Shown here piece after piece: positions 48,394 to 58,641 of a stretch of 64,000 nt of DNA. Within the stretch, counting starts at the first letter, position 1, and the number at the start of each line of letters is the position of its first letter. A program made the position numbers and the translations under genes. The notes beneath the pieces were generated by a model that was not told the origin of the DNA, did no database searches, and saw nothing but the letters and a program-made list of their open reading frames with translations. Source of the stretch: Candidatus Thorarchaeota archaeon (GTDB lineage: Archaea; Asgardarchaeota; Thorarchaeia; Thorarchaeales; Thorarchaeaceae); contig JBHLQH010000005.1 in NCBI GenBank assembly GCA_048884965.1, positions 1 through 64,000 of the forward strand, given 5' to 3'.

Positions 48394-49179
48394 ATGAATA
48401 GGCTATCTCATCTGACATTTGCGTTTTCCTTGTTTGTGGCTTTGTATTCTCTAATCTTTGCCTTCAGTGTATGGCAATCTGATCTTGGGCAACTAACTGA
48501 ATTCCTTCTATACTATATTGTAGGTGGAATCGCCTTCATGATTATTGTTACACCTCTTCTTTATTGGAAAGCTCCTAACAAAGACTCCGCAAGCAGAACT
48601 GTTACAAACAGAGGTGCTGCTTTTGCAGTTGCCTATGTTGTCTTTGCAATTGGAAGTCTCGCAGGAAGTATCATCTATCTCTGGTATCATGGTATCCCCT
48701 TCATTGGACATGTATCGCTTTTCATTGGCGCCTTCATTACAATGTCTGGAGCACTGATGCCTGATTGGGATATCATCTTCTTGGGAATTTCTGAGCACAG
48801 ACATGTTGTGTTCCATTCAGTAATCCTGCCACTTCTGATCACTCTGCTGACTTTGGTCAATGTCGCCAACGCGATAATATCTACCACTTCCTTTAGTATT
48901 GGCGCACACGTCGAGTATTATCTTGCAGCATTGTTCCTGCTTGGGTATGCCAGCCATCTGTATCTAGATATCTTTCCGAGTGATGCCAGTCCCCTCGAAA
49001 TCCTGTGGCGTGTTGTTGATCCCTCAGACAAAGCTCCAACTGGACTAAAACCATGGGGTCCTATCACAATCAGTAAGAAAGCGGCTAAGTCTTGGCTGGT
49101 TGGGAATGCGTCCTTACTCGTAATGGTTGCAGTAGGTCTAATGGCGTTGTACTTTTACAACCTCCAGCTAGCGCCTTAG
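48394..49179 (+). CDS. Membrane metal-dependent hydrolase (YdjM/DUF2227-like)
   Basis: GALMPDWD, HR...FHS, GYASHLYLD; multiple TM helices. Confidence 0.8.
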   Translation: MNRLSHLTFAFSLFVALYSLIFAFSVWQSDLGQLTEFLLYYIVGGIAFMIIVTPLLYWKAPNKDSASRTVTNRGAAFAVAYVVFAIGSLAGSIIYLWYHGIPFIGHVSLFIGAFITMSGALMPDWDIIFLGISEHRHVVFHSVILPLLITLLTLVNVANAIISTTSFSIGAHVEYYLAALFLLGYASHLYLDIFPSDASPLEILWRVVDPSDKAPTGLKPWGPITISKKAAKSWLVGNASLLVMVAVGLMALYFYNLQLAP

Positions 49180-49206
49180 CTGACACCATATCCCAGTGGC
49201 TTATTC

Positions 49207-49503
49207 CTACCACTCATCATCGAAGTCGAAGTCATCATCAAAGTCTTCGTCTTCATCATCGTCATCTTCTTCAAAGAGGTCTTCATCTTCCTCTTCATCA
49301 TCTTCGAAGAGGAAGGTGTCATCATCTTCAGGTTCCTCGACAACCGGAGGTGTCTTCGTCTTCTTGGCAGCCTTCTTCAAGGTTTCAGGTGCCAAACACA
49401 TGCTATCTGTTTCGTCAAAATATTGGCATTCAGGACAGCACTCACCCTTATGCTCACAGGTAAGAAATGCACCGCAAATCTTGCAACATTTTAGTTCTGA
49501 CAC
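49207..49503 (-). CDS. Small Cys-rich protein with acidic tail
   Basis: CCKIC...C....CC.EC.Y......C, then a D/E/F tail; GGTG upstream. Confidence 0.7.
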   Translation of the reverse strand: MSELKCCKICGAFLTCEHKGECCPECQYFDETDSMCLAPETLKKAAKKTKTPPVVEEPEDDDTFLFEDDEEEDEDLFEEDDDDEDEDFDDDFDFDDEW

Positions 49504-49650
49504 GATAAAGCACCTGAATCGTATTTCAAGTAATGAATTCCGTCAATTCCCCAAATAAGCGTCTCCGTGCTGGACTTCTAACATTGTACCCTTTTAAAAC
49601 AGGTCTATCCATCAATGTTAAATGAAAATCTCTGATTTCTTGTCAAGGAG

Positions 49651-51393
49651 ATGCCTCCAATGGATGACCTTGAAGTCTTTGTTCGAAAAGCAGTTCTGGA
49701 AAATGCAGTCAAGTATGATGGTAAACCGAACACGAAATCAGTCATGGGAATGATAATGGGTTCTCGAGCTGATTTGCGTTCTCGTGCATCAGAAGTAAAG
49801 GAATTGGTGACTACTTTAGTTTCAGAAATAGAGAAACTACCCCTTGCTGAACAGAGAGTTCAACTTCTAAAACTCGATCCATCTGCATTGGATGAGGAAG
49901 AGCCAGAAGTCCAAGAGGACAAAGAGATGCCCGATCTTCCCAATCTGGCTAAGTGGGACAGGGTCGTGATGCGACTTGCTCCATTTCCATCAGGTCCATT
50001 ACATATCGGCAATGCAAGAATGGTCGTTTTGAATGATTATTATGTTAAGCGATATAATGGCAGATTGCTACTAGTCTTTGATGATACGATTGGGTCTTCA
50101 GAGAAACAAGTGGAAACCGAAGCATTCGATCTTATCCCTGAAGGATTAGATTACCTAAATGTGGATGTTCATGAAACCGTATACAAGTCGGATAGGATGG
50201 ATTTATTCTACAAGTATGCTATTGACCTAATAGAAAAGGAACATGCATATGTCTGTGATTGCGATGCTAATCTTTGGAGGTCTGAGCACAAGATACCTGG
50301 AAAGCCTTGTGCTTGTCGAACACTTCCTATTGAAGAGAATCTGGCCCGATGGGAAAAGATGCTCGATGGCACCTATCCCGAAAAATCCGCTGCTGTGCGG
50401 CTTAAGACTGGGATGACTGATCCTGACCCTGCGATGCGCGATCATGTGATTCTAAGGATCTCAGAAACTGAACACCCTCGTGTGGGTACCAAATATCGAG
50501 TATGGCCCCTTCTAGAATATTCTTGGGGCATCGATGATCATGAACTTGGAGTGTCCCATATAATACGAGGAAAGGATCTCGTTAAGGAAGGGAAGATTGA
50601 GAAGTTTATCTGGAATCTATATGGGTGGAAAGACCCCGAGCTGTTATACTATGGTAGATTGAAGTTTCAAGATGCTAAATTAAGCAAGAGTAAATCACGA
50701 CAAGAGGTTCTAAGTGGTGTTTATTCTGGATGGACTGATCCAAGGACTTGGAGTATGCAGTCTCTAGAGCGTAGGGGAATTCATCCTGCCGCGATACGAA
50801 AAGCGATGCTAGATCTTGGTCTGAGTATCGTTGATATTTCTATATCGATGAAGTCAGTCTACTCTGAGAATAGAAAGCTGAGGGATGCTGATGCTCCGCG
50901 TTTGTTCTTCGTTCAGAACCCCGTTTGGATTGAATCCATTGGGTTTCCAAGTGATATAAAGGTCGCCGAAGCTCCTGTCCATCCTGATTTCCCTGATCGT
51001 GGTAATCGTGAGATCCCGTTGACCTTCACCGCAGGAGTTCCCACTCTGGGTATTGCGATCAAGGACTTTGACCGAATCGAGGATGGAAGTCTGTTTCGAA
51101 TGAAGGATTTAGCGAACTTTACTTTGAGAAAGGACTCAACACCAAGAGCAGAGTTTCATAGTTTGGATGTTGAAGAAGTTCGGAAAGTCAACGGTCCCAT
51201 TATCCATTGGATTCCAAAGGAAGAAAGTGTGCCTATCGAGCTAACAGATGTTGATGGTACTATTGCCAAAGGACTTGCTGAGCCTGCTATCACTCAGTAC
51301 CCATCTGGGACTTTCCTTCAGTTTGAAAGAGTTGGGTTTGCCAGAATCTTTGACAAGTCTGACATCATACAAGTAGCCTTTGCTCACAAATAA
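49651..51393 (+). CDS. gltX: Glutamyl-tRNA synthetase (archaeal type)
   Basis: RLAPFPSGPLHIGN, DDHELGVSHIIRGKD, KLSKS, GWTDPR, QFERVGF. Confidence 0.96.
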   Translation: MPPMDDLEVFVRKAVLENAVKYDGKPNTKSVMGMIMGSRADLRSRASEVKELVTTLVSEIEKLPLAEQRVQLLKLDPSALDEEEPEVQEDKEMPDLPNLAKWDRVVMRLAPFPSGPLHIGNARMVVLNDYYVKRYNGRLLLVFDDTIGSSEKQVETEAFDLIPEGLDYLNVDVHETVYKSDRMDLFYKYAIDLIEKEHAYVCDCDANLWRSEHKIPGKPCACRTLPIEENLARWEKMLDGTYPEKSAAVRLKTGMTDPDPAMRDHVILRISETEHPRVGTKYRVWPLLEYSWGIDDHELGVSHIIRGKDLVKEGKIEKFIWNLYGWKDPELLYYGRLKFQDAKLSKSKSRQEVLSGVYSGWTDPRTWSMQSLERRGIHPAAIRKAMLDLGLSIVDISISMKSVYSENRKLRDADAPRLFFVQNPVWIESIGFPSDIKVAEAPVHPDFPDRGNREIPLTFTAGVPTLGIAIKDFDRIEDGSLFRMKDLANFTLRKDSTPRAEFHSLDVEEVRKVNGPIIHWIPKEESVPIELTDVDGTIAKGLAEPAITQYPSGTFLQFERVGFARIFDKSDIIQVAFAHK

Positions 51394-51449
51394 TGCGTCG
51401 CCAAAGATGAAATAAGGGAAGGCTCTCCATTCTGGCAATGGGGTTTCAA

Positions 51450-52202
51450 ATGTCAAAGAAGAAGAAAACGGCGAAACCAACTCTATCTGCATCATTGTTT
51501 AAGCTAACAGGTGCAGCAGCCAAATTGAAAATTGACGACAAAAAGAAGAAGACTTACTACTTCACTGAGAAAGTGAAGCCTGACAAAGCAGCCAAGTTGG
51601 CTATTGATACTGCCGCTGAGATCATGGAGGTCAGTGCGGATTCTATCAAAGTAGGCAAACCCGCGCTCAAGTATGACTTCTATTCAATATATGATGCTGA
51701 AGTCGTAATGAAGTACCTTAGTGTACGACAACAGGAAATTGGTGTCTATGAACAGCTGCAAGGCGCAATGGTCGGGAAGGATGTCATTCTTCCAAAGAAG
51801 GGAAAGGATGTTCCTGGAAAAGCCATATTCCTAGACATCATTGAACTCTATGAAACATCAAATACTACTTCCTACATTCTTGATGGTTCCACAGGCTTTG
51901 CTGCTAGGACTCTGGAATCACTCTTGAAAGGTCCTGGCAAGAAAGCAGCAACTTCTGCATGGATTACAAAGGCGAAAGTATCACCTGGTAAGTTCAACTC
52001 CTTGGATAAAATCGTCAAAGCCATCGCAGTAGACGCATCTAAGATTCCAAAGGATGCCAAGCGTGTAGCTGAACACAGTCTGACTTTCAAAACACTTGAA
52101 GGATACTATGTTCCGACCTATTATGTCACTGCCACAGCTGGAGCAAAATCAAAGATCCTTCGCATCAATGCAGTGAATGGTAATGTTGCCCTCAAGGTAT
52201 AG
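51450..52202 (+). CDS. Hypothetical lysine-rich protein
   Basis: Long ORF ending YYVPTY...INAVNG. Confidence 0.7.
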   Translation: MSKKKKTAKPTLSASLFKLTGAAAKLKIDDKKKKTYYFTEKVKPDKAAKLAIDTAAEIMEVSADSIKVGKPALKYDFYSIYDAEVVMKYLSVRQQEIGVYEQLQGAMVGKDVILPKKGKDVPGKAIFLDIIELYETSNTTSYILDGSTGFAARTLESLLKGPGKKAATSAWITKAKVSPGKFNSLDKIVKAIAVDASKIPKDAKRVAEHSLTFKTLEGYYVPTYYVTATAGAKSKILRINAVNGNVALKV

Positions 52203-52205
52203 TAT

Positions 52206-53789
52206 CTATTTGCTTGTAGATAGTGATCCCCACCCTCCGCCTCCGGGGGTCTCTATCCTAATTTTTGATCCCTTCAGTGCCTTCACAGTCGTCTTTGACT
52301 GAATTACATATTCCTGATTCTCGAACGTCAAAACATTCTTTCCGACTTGAGCATCTCCTCCTCCAGCCAATCCTGAAGGGCGAAGAAACCTGCGTTCTGA
52401 TTGTATGGACACGATGAAATCATCATCAAGAAGCTCAATCTCCCGAATCAATCCCTCGCCTCCTTTCCATCTACCATCTCCACCACTTCCAGTTCGTAGT
52501 GAATATCGGGTAATCCTAAGAGGATATTCTATCTCAAGCGACTCAATTGGAGTGTTTAGGGTATTTGTCATATGAGTGTGTATTCCGCTGGCGCCATCCA
52601 ATCCCTTGATTCCTCCTGACCCACCTCCAATAGTTTCATAGAAAGAGAAGGGTTTGTTGAATCTCCCGTCAAATCCTCCGATGGTTAGATTGTTCATCGT
52701 TCCTTGGCTTGCCGCAGGAATCATCTCAGGAGTAATCTTTGACAAGCAACCTAGTACAACATCCACAATTCTCTGTGAGGTTTCGACATTTCCAGCTGAA
52801 ACGGCTGCTGGGTACAAGGGATTCAGTAGTGATCCAGATGGTACAAAGGTATCGAGAATGCTCCAACATCCTTCATTAATTGGAATGCCTTTTCCAAAGA
52901 CCGCTATAAAGACATAATATACAGAGGAAAGCGTAGATGCTATTGGACAATTGATGTTTCCTGCAACTTGATTGGCTGTTCCCTCAAATGTAATTGATGC
53001 TCCTCTATCAGAGATGCTGATCGAACAGACGATTGGTATTTGGAATGAGCCTGCACCATCACTTTCCATGTAATCTCTAGAGGTTCCTTTCATTCCCGCA
53101 TAAGGAATCATAGCCTTCTGCATCAAATCCATCGAGTATTGCTTCAATTCATGATAAATCTTCAGAACTCCTTCTGTACCATGTTCTTTCATAATCGATT
53201 GAAGTCGTCTAGCGCCTACTGTGTTTGCCGCAATTTGGGATGCCAAATCCCCCAGTCTCTCTTCAGGCGTTCTCGTCGCTTTTAGGATATCATCAATCCA
53301 ATCTGTGACGAGCTTCCAATCTTTTACGATCAAGCGCGGTGGTATCACTATACCTTCTTCATGAATGTCAAGTGAAAGTCCTGGCATCGAGCCCGGACTC
53401 GTTCCGCCTATATCTGCGTGGTGTGCTCTATTCGCCACGAAGCCTACATGTTGGTCTGCCATAAAGACCGGACATACCACTGTCAAGTCAGGAAGGTGGC
53501 TACCTCCTGAATACGGATCATTGAGAAGAGCCATTGATCCCTCTGACATATCATCTTCGAGTTCATCTATGCATGCTCTAACTGAACAAGGCATTGCACC
53601 CAGATGAACAGGGATATCTTTTGACTGAGCAACAAGCTGTCCCTCATCATCAAAAACAGCGCAACTGCAATCCCTTCTTTCTTTGATATTTGGACTGAAT
53701 GAAGCTCTTCTAAGTGTAAGGCTCATCTCTCTGGCAGTTGACAACAATGCATTCTTGATAACCTCGAACGCAATAGGGTCCTCTATCAT
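52206..53789 (-). CDS. Hydantoinase B / oxoprolinase subunit
   Basis: SPNIKERRDCS, PVHLG, NDPY.GGSHLPD, HHADIGG, MTNTLNTPIE, TPGGGGWG; ATGA overlap with subunit A. Confidence 0.94.
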   Translation of the reverse strand: MIEDPIAFEVIKNALLSTAREMSLTLRRASFSPNIKERRDCSCAVFDDEGQLVAQSKDIPVHLGAMPCSVRACIDELEDDMSEGSMALLNDPYSGGSHLPDLTVVCPVFMADQHVGFVANRAHHADIGGTSPGSMPGLSLDIHEEGIVIPPRLIVKDWKLVTDWIDDILKATRTPEERLGDLASQIAANTVGARRLQSIMKEHGTEGVLKIYHELKQYSMDLMQKAMIPYAGMKGTSRDYMESDGAGSFQIPIVCSISISDRGASITFEGTANQVAGNINCPIASTLSSVYYVFIAVFGKGIPINEGCWSILDTFVPSGSLLNPLYPAAVSAGNVETSQRIVDVVLGCLSKITPEMIPAASQGTMNNLTIGGFDGRFNKPFSFYETIGGGSGGIKGLDGASGIHTHMTNTLNTPIESLEIEYPLRITRYSLRTGSGGDGRWKGGEGLIREIELLDDDFIVSIQSERRFLRPSGLAGGGDAQVGKNVLTFENQEYVIQSKTTVKALKGSKIRIETPGGGGWGSLSTSK

Positions 53790-55816
53790 GTTGCCCTCCT
53801 CCTTAGCCAAATCACTTCCGATTTCTTCTTTTCCAATAACCAATCTTCGTTTACCCATGTTGTCGTATCCAATTGTTCAACAATAAGTGGCCCTTCTAGT
53901 TGCTTCTCTTGAGGGATCGCATCTCTATGATACACTGGGACTTGGATTATCTCACCAGATTTGAGCGTGGCTTCTCTTTGGGAATATGACTCATCTCCAA
54001 GACTTGAGTCTTTCAGACCTTCCTGGAAACCTGCTTGAATCGCTTCCGCAACAACTCTGGCAGTAACCCATTCAATATCTCTATCCTGAAGCGTGTAGCC
54101 AAATTGCCTTTCATGTTCTTTCTCAAAGGAATCTCGTGATATCATTACCAGATCGCTGGTTTCGAAGGGGAGTTCGATGGTCAATTCATGAGATTGTCCC
54201 TTGTAACGCATGTCAACCTTCCAAGTATGAATTATTTGGTCGTTATCCGCACCCTGCTCTATCAGAGACCTTCTCGAATTACGAGTTAGCCCCTCAAGGG
54301 TCGATATGACATTAGGCATATTCTCACTCGACGCATCAAGAATGATAGATTTCATAGTGTCCACACGTAAATCCGCGCAAACTAGTCCCAAAGCTGATGT
54401 GATTCCCGGATGTTTAGGAATAAGAATTCTCTCGATTTCAAGACTCTCCGCTATGTCTACAGCCTGTGTTGGTCCTGCTCCGCCAAAAGGAACCAAGACA
54501 AAGGTTCGGGGATCTAGTCCTCTTTCTATTGTTACCTCTCTTATTGCTTGAACCATGTTCGAAGTTGAGATTTTGATGATGCCAGCCGCTGCTTCTTGAA
54601 GTGATATACCAAGAGAATCAGCAATTCTCCCTACGGCCATTCTTGCCATTCTCATATTTAGCTTGATTTCTCCACCTACAAAATACTCTGGATTCAATCT
54701 ACCAAGTATCAGATTTGCATCGGTAACTGTGGCTTGGACACCTCCATTGTCATATGCAGCAGGACCTGGAAACGCTCCTGCACTCTGAGGTCCAACGTGG
54801 AGCACTCCTGCTACATCAAGCCACGCAATGCTCCCCCCTCCAGCTCCTATGGTCTTTACGTCAACTGAAGGAAATCGCAGTGGCAATCCAGCAACCTCGT
54901 TATCTGACCTAACAGCAACTCCATCTATTATGGCACTCACATCACAGCTTGTTCCACCCATATCCAGCGTCAGTGCCCTCTTGACACCATTCTGCTTAGA
55001 AACGAACCACCCTCCAATAGCTCCTCCTGCAAGTCCTGAGATTGCAAGTCCCACTGCTCTTCCTGCAACTTGTGATCCTAGAACGGTCCCTCCATTTGAT
55101 TGCATCACATTCAGACGAGAATTTGGACAGATGAGTGAAACTGTTTTGTTCAATCTCTCTAGATACCCTACTACGAGCGGGCCTAGGTATGCCTCAAGCA
55201 CTGTGGTCGATGTCCTCTCGAATTCTCTAAATTCAGGAAGCACCTCTGAAGATGTCACAGTATAGCAGGGAATAGTATTTCGAATATTGCTTGCAATCTT
55301 CGCTTCATGCTCAGGATATCTAAAGGAGAACAGAAGCGAGATAGCAATGGCATCTGGTTTTTTTGCACACAGTTCTTCAACTACACTTTGGACTTCGGCG
55401 TCATCGAGCTTTTCGATGACCTCACCTTTCCAATCAACTCTTTCTCTGATGCCATATCTATTGTTACGCCCGACCAAAGGTCTTGGGCGCTGAGCGCAGA
55501 TGTCGTAGATATTCTCTCTATTCTGCCTTCCTATTTCAAGCACGTCTTCAAACCCTCTTGTGGTGATAAGACATACCCTTGCACCTTTACGCTCAAGCAT
55601 AGCATTTGTGGCGACTGTTGTTCCGTGAACGACAAGTTTGATTTCAGAAGGATCGATATTCTCTCTCTTCAGTATCTCTTGTATCCCTCTTGCAACAGCC
55701 TGATCTTGTGCCTCTGGTGATGAAGGGACCTTGTGCACTACTTGCCGTCCTGTTTCTGGATCACTCAGGATAAGGTCTGTAAAAGTTCCTCCAACATCAA
55801 CACCAATTATCTTCAT
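53786..55816 (-). CDS. Hydantoinase A / oxoprolinase subunit
   Basis: GVDVGGTFTD, HGTTVATN, REFERTSTT, DMGGTSCDV, GAGGGSIA, TVTDAN. Confidence 0.94.
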   Translation of the reverse strand: MKIIGVDVGGTFTDLILSDPETGRQVVHKVPSSPEAQDQAVARGIQEILKRENIDPSEIKLVVHGTTVATNAMLERKGARVCLITTRGFEDVLEIGRQNRENIYDICAQRPRPLVGRNNRYGIRERVDWKGEVIEKLDDAEVQSVVEELCAKKPDAIAISLLFSFRYPEHEAKIASNIRNTIPCYTVTSSEVLPEFREFERTSTTVLEAYLGPLVVGYLERLNKTVSLICPNSRLNVMQSNGGTVLGSQVAGRAVGLAISGLAGGAIGGWFVSKQNGVKRALTLDMGGTSCDVSAIIDGVAVRSDNEVAGLPLRFPSVDVKTIGAGGGSIAWLDVAGVLHVGPQSAGAFPGPAAYDNGGVQATVTDANLILGRLNPEYFVGGEIKLNMRMARMAVGRIADSLGISLQEAAAGIIKISTSNMVQAIREVTIERGLDPRTFVLVPFGGAGPTQAVDIAESLEIERILIPKHPGITSALGLVCADLRVDTMKSIILDASSENMPNVISTLEGLTRNSRRSLIEQGADNDQIIHTWKVDMRYKGQSHELTIELPFETSDLVMISRDSFEKEHERQFGYTLQDRDIEWVTARVVAEAIQAGFQEGLKDSSLGDESYSQREATLKSGEIIQVPVYHRDAIPQEKQLEGPLIVEQLDTTTWVNEDWLLEKKKSEVIWLRRRAT

Positions 55817-55863
55817 CGCACCTCTCTCGGAATATGTGTTAGATATGAAAGTTGGGCTTTGAT

Positions 55864-56820
55864 TCATCTTAGATTCTTGAAATAAACGATCATTCTAGAT
55901 TCGACAGTAAAGCCCACATTCTTGTAAAGACCATAGGCGCTACGATTGGATGTGTCCACTCCCAGACTGAGCATCTTGGTTCCTATTGCCTTTGCTTTAT
56001 GCATAGTCTGCACTAAGAATGATTTGGCGATGCCTATTCCCCGATATTCTTCACGCACTCCGAATCGATCCAGATGTTCCTCTTCATCGCGTGATAGGTA
56101 GATAGCAAAACCAATGACCTTCTCCTTTTCGACAAGCACGCATGATAGATGCCTGTTCAAAGAATGGTTATTGTAGGCACTTTCAAACTTCTCTCTCCGT
56201 TGGCCTTCGTTCATATTTAGGAACTCATTGTCTTCACCTGACAAGAAAGCCTGATAGTAGCAGTCGTATAGGTCTGTTTCTGAAACGCTATCCAATGGTT
56301 TGATATTAATACCTTCAGGGATTGTTCGTAATTCCAATTCCCCATGATCAAGGCTTCTTACAAGATATGCACTCTCCTCAAGAAGAGTCATATCACTTGC
56401 TTTGTACCACTTCCTATACATCTCATACTCTTTCTCACTTGAGGCATCAACCTCACTCAACATCGTTTCTAGTTGAGAAATACCCCGAGATGACGCGTAA
56501 GAGAATATGGATTCAAGAAGATAGTATGCTACCTGATCTCGTGAATCGGACTCCTTAACAATTGGCTGCCATCGCCCTAGTTCAGATAAGGACTTCCCAT
56601 TCCTATCAAGTGCTGCCCAGCCATGAAGTGTATCATCTATATACGCCAAAAACAGTGCCTCTGATGGAAATCTGGATTCGATGTTGCTAAGATATCTTCT
56701 AATCCCCATGGCATCTCTTGCATTTTTGTAAATGCCCTTCCCAAACTCATGAGTAAAAGCAGAAATCTCATTGAGGTCAACCTCTTCCCATTTCAGAATC
56801 TCTACCTTGATTTCTATAAT
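55864..56820 (-). CDS. Tandem GNAT acetyltransferase; probable ATT start at 56820
   Basis: V.EEYRGIGIAK, N..A..LY..VGF; frame open 37 codons upstream of ATG 56709 to an ATT after AGGAGG. Confidence 0.8.
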   Translation of the reverse strand: MIEIKVEILKWEEVDLNEISAFTHEFGKGIYKNARDAMGIRRYLSNIESRFPSEALFLAYIDDTLHGWAALDRNGKSLSELGRWQPIVKESDSRDQVAYYLLESIFSYASSRGISQLETMLSEVDASSEKEYEMYRKWYKASDMTLLEESAYLVRSLDHGELELRTIPEGINIKPLDSVSETDLYDCYYQAFLSGEDNEFLNMNEGQRREKFESAYNNHSLNRHLSCVLVEKEKVIGFAIYLSRDEEEHLDRFGVREEYRGIGIAKSFLVQTMHKAKAIGTKMLSLGVDTSNRSAYGLYKNVGFTVESRMIVYFKNLR

Positions 56821-57018
56821 GCTCAGCCTCCTGATGAATAACCATTGGAAGGATTACTCATGCTTTCTCAAATCGCCTCGCTTGTCAATATCTGAAGAAA
56901 TCGTCACAAAGGCCAAAGAAAAGACCGTGTGTTGCATTATAAGCACTGCCACCTCTGCCAAGCACCATTTCACAATGATTAATTACACTTCTCTATTCCG
57001 TTAAGGAGTTGTGATATA

Positions 57019-58200
57019 ATGAGCTACTCTTACTCAGCAGTCTTGATTCGTTATGGAGAGATTGCAATAAAATCAGATCAAACCCGACGAAGAATGGTAA
57101 AGCTTCTTGTTAAACATGTCAAGGCTGCTTTGAAAGAGAAGCGATTGCAATATCACAAAGTAATCGTTGAGTATGGTCGAATCTTCATTCAAACTGATCA
57201 AGCAGATGAGGTATCTTCTGCCATAGCAAGGGTTTTTGGAATAGTATCCACGTCTCCTGTTGTTGTCACATCCTCAGACCTTCAGGTTATCAAAGACATT
57301 GGATTTGATATCGCTAAGAGTGAATTTGATCCCCGACTAACATTTGCTGTTGGAGCAAGAAGAGTAGGCAAACATGACTTCACCAGCCAGAATGTCCGAG
57401 AGGGCTTAGGTGAGCGAATATTCGAAGAACTACATTTGAAGGTGGACCTCTCCAACCCTGAGCAAACAATCTATGTCGAAGTACGGGATGAAAAAGCCTA
57501 CATATTCACTAAGACAATTCCGGGTGTGGGCGGAATGCCCACCGGTACACAGGGAAAGGTTGTGTGCACCGTCTCTACTGGTCTAGACTCGCCCATAGCT
57601 GCGTATAAGGTTATGAAGCGTGGAGCGATACCTGTGCTGGTCTATTTCGATAACACACCTCACTCTGGAGAGGGTTGTACAGAGCTAGCAATCAGGCAGG
57701 CAACAAAACTTGCTGAGTATATCTACAATTTCGATGTGAAGCTCTATATTATTCCACATGGTCCTGATCTAGATGAGATAGGTTGCCATGCTCCAGAACG
57801 AGCTACATGTGTAATGTGCAAGAGGAACATGCTTCGTCTGGCGAGGGAGGTTGCTATTCGTGAGAATGCAGATGCTATAGTCACCGGAGAAATCATCGGA
57901 GAACAAGCTTCTCAGACGACTGCGAATCTACGTTCCATAAACTCTGTGGTCACCGATTTCCCAGTCTTGCGTCCTCTCGCTGGTGATGATAAAGTGGACA
58001 TAGAGCGCTTGGCGATAGAGATAGGTACATATCAATTCGCTGAAGACGGACTCAGTTGTTGTACACTAGCTCCCAAGTATCCACTCTTGAATGCAGATAA
58101 GGACGCGTTGGAAGAAATAGATACCAAAATGAACTTCGATATTATCAAACAAGAGGTTGATAATGCACGTGTTCTCTATCTAAAGCGTAAAAATGCCTGA
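57019..58200 (+). CDS. thiI: tRNA 4-thiouridine synthase (THUMP plus PP-loop)
   Basis: IRYGEIAIKS, GGMPTGTQG, STGLDS, CVMCKR, TGE.IGEQASQT, RPL. Confidence 0.93.
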   Translation: MSYSYSAVLIRYGEIAIKSDQTRRRMVKLLVKHVKAALKEKRLQYHKVIVEYGRIFIQTDQADEVSSAIARVFGIVSTSPVVVTSSDLQVIKDIGFDIAKSEFDPRLTFAVGARRVGKHDFTSQNVREGLGERIFEELHLKVDLSNPEQTIYVEVRDEKAYIFTKTIPGVGGMPTGTQGKVVCTVSTGLDSPIAAYKVMKRGAIPVLVYFDNTPHSGEGCTELAIRQATKLAEYIYNFDVKLYIIPHGPDLDEIGCHAPERATCVMCKRNMLRLAREVAIRENADAIVTGEIIGEQASQTTANLRSINSVVTDFPVLRPLAGDDKVDIERLAIEIGTYQFAEDGLSCCTLAPKYPLLNADKDALEEIDTKMNFDIIKQEVDNARVLYLKRKNA

Positions 58201-58313
58201 TATCCTGTTCGCGCCTTTTGAGTGTTTTATAAGCTCGAATATAATCTTTTAAATAGAGTATGGCCTCATTTGGCACCTAATAACTGTGATTAGAAGTCTT
58301 GGTTGTGTTTACA

Positions 58314-58559
58314 ATGCCCCGTTCAAGAAAGAATAGAATAATTCCAGTGGCACCAGTTGATCGACTTATGAGGGATCAACTCTCATCGAAGGTTGATCGA
58401 GTCAGCGACAAAGGTGCTGAGCGACTTGCACAGATCCTTGAGGAGATAGGCGCACACATCTCCAAGATGGCTGTTGAACTTGTGGAATTTAGGGATAGGA
58501 AGACCATTACGGATAAGGACGTAGATCTTGCTTACAAGCAATGGCGCCGTCAATTGTAG
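58314..58559 (+). CDS. Archaeal histone (HMf-type) variant with short basic N-terminal extension
   Basis: IPVAPVDRLMR...RVS...RKTITDKDVDLA. Confidence 0.88.
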   Translation: MPRSRKNRIIPVAPVDRLMRDQLSSKVDRVSDKGAERLAQILEEIGAHISKMAVELVEFRDRKTITDKDVDLAYKQWRRQL

Positions 58560-58641
58560 CCTTATCGAAAACGAAGGACTTTCTAAGGGCTTTCGCCCAC
58601 AAAGTAATGTACTCAATTCGCACTGCCGGGAGAGTGATTAG

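Noticed and set aside
56831-56896. CTGATGA...CTGA as a C/D sRNA
   Set aside because: No internal C'/D' or terminal stem; abuts the GNAT SD on the opposite strand
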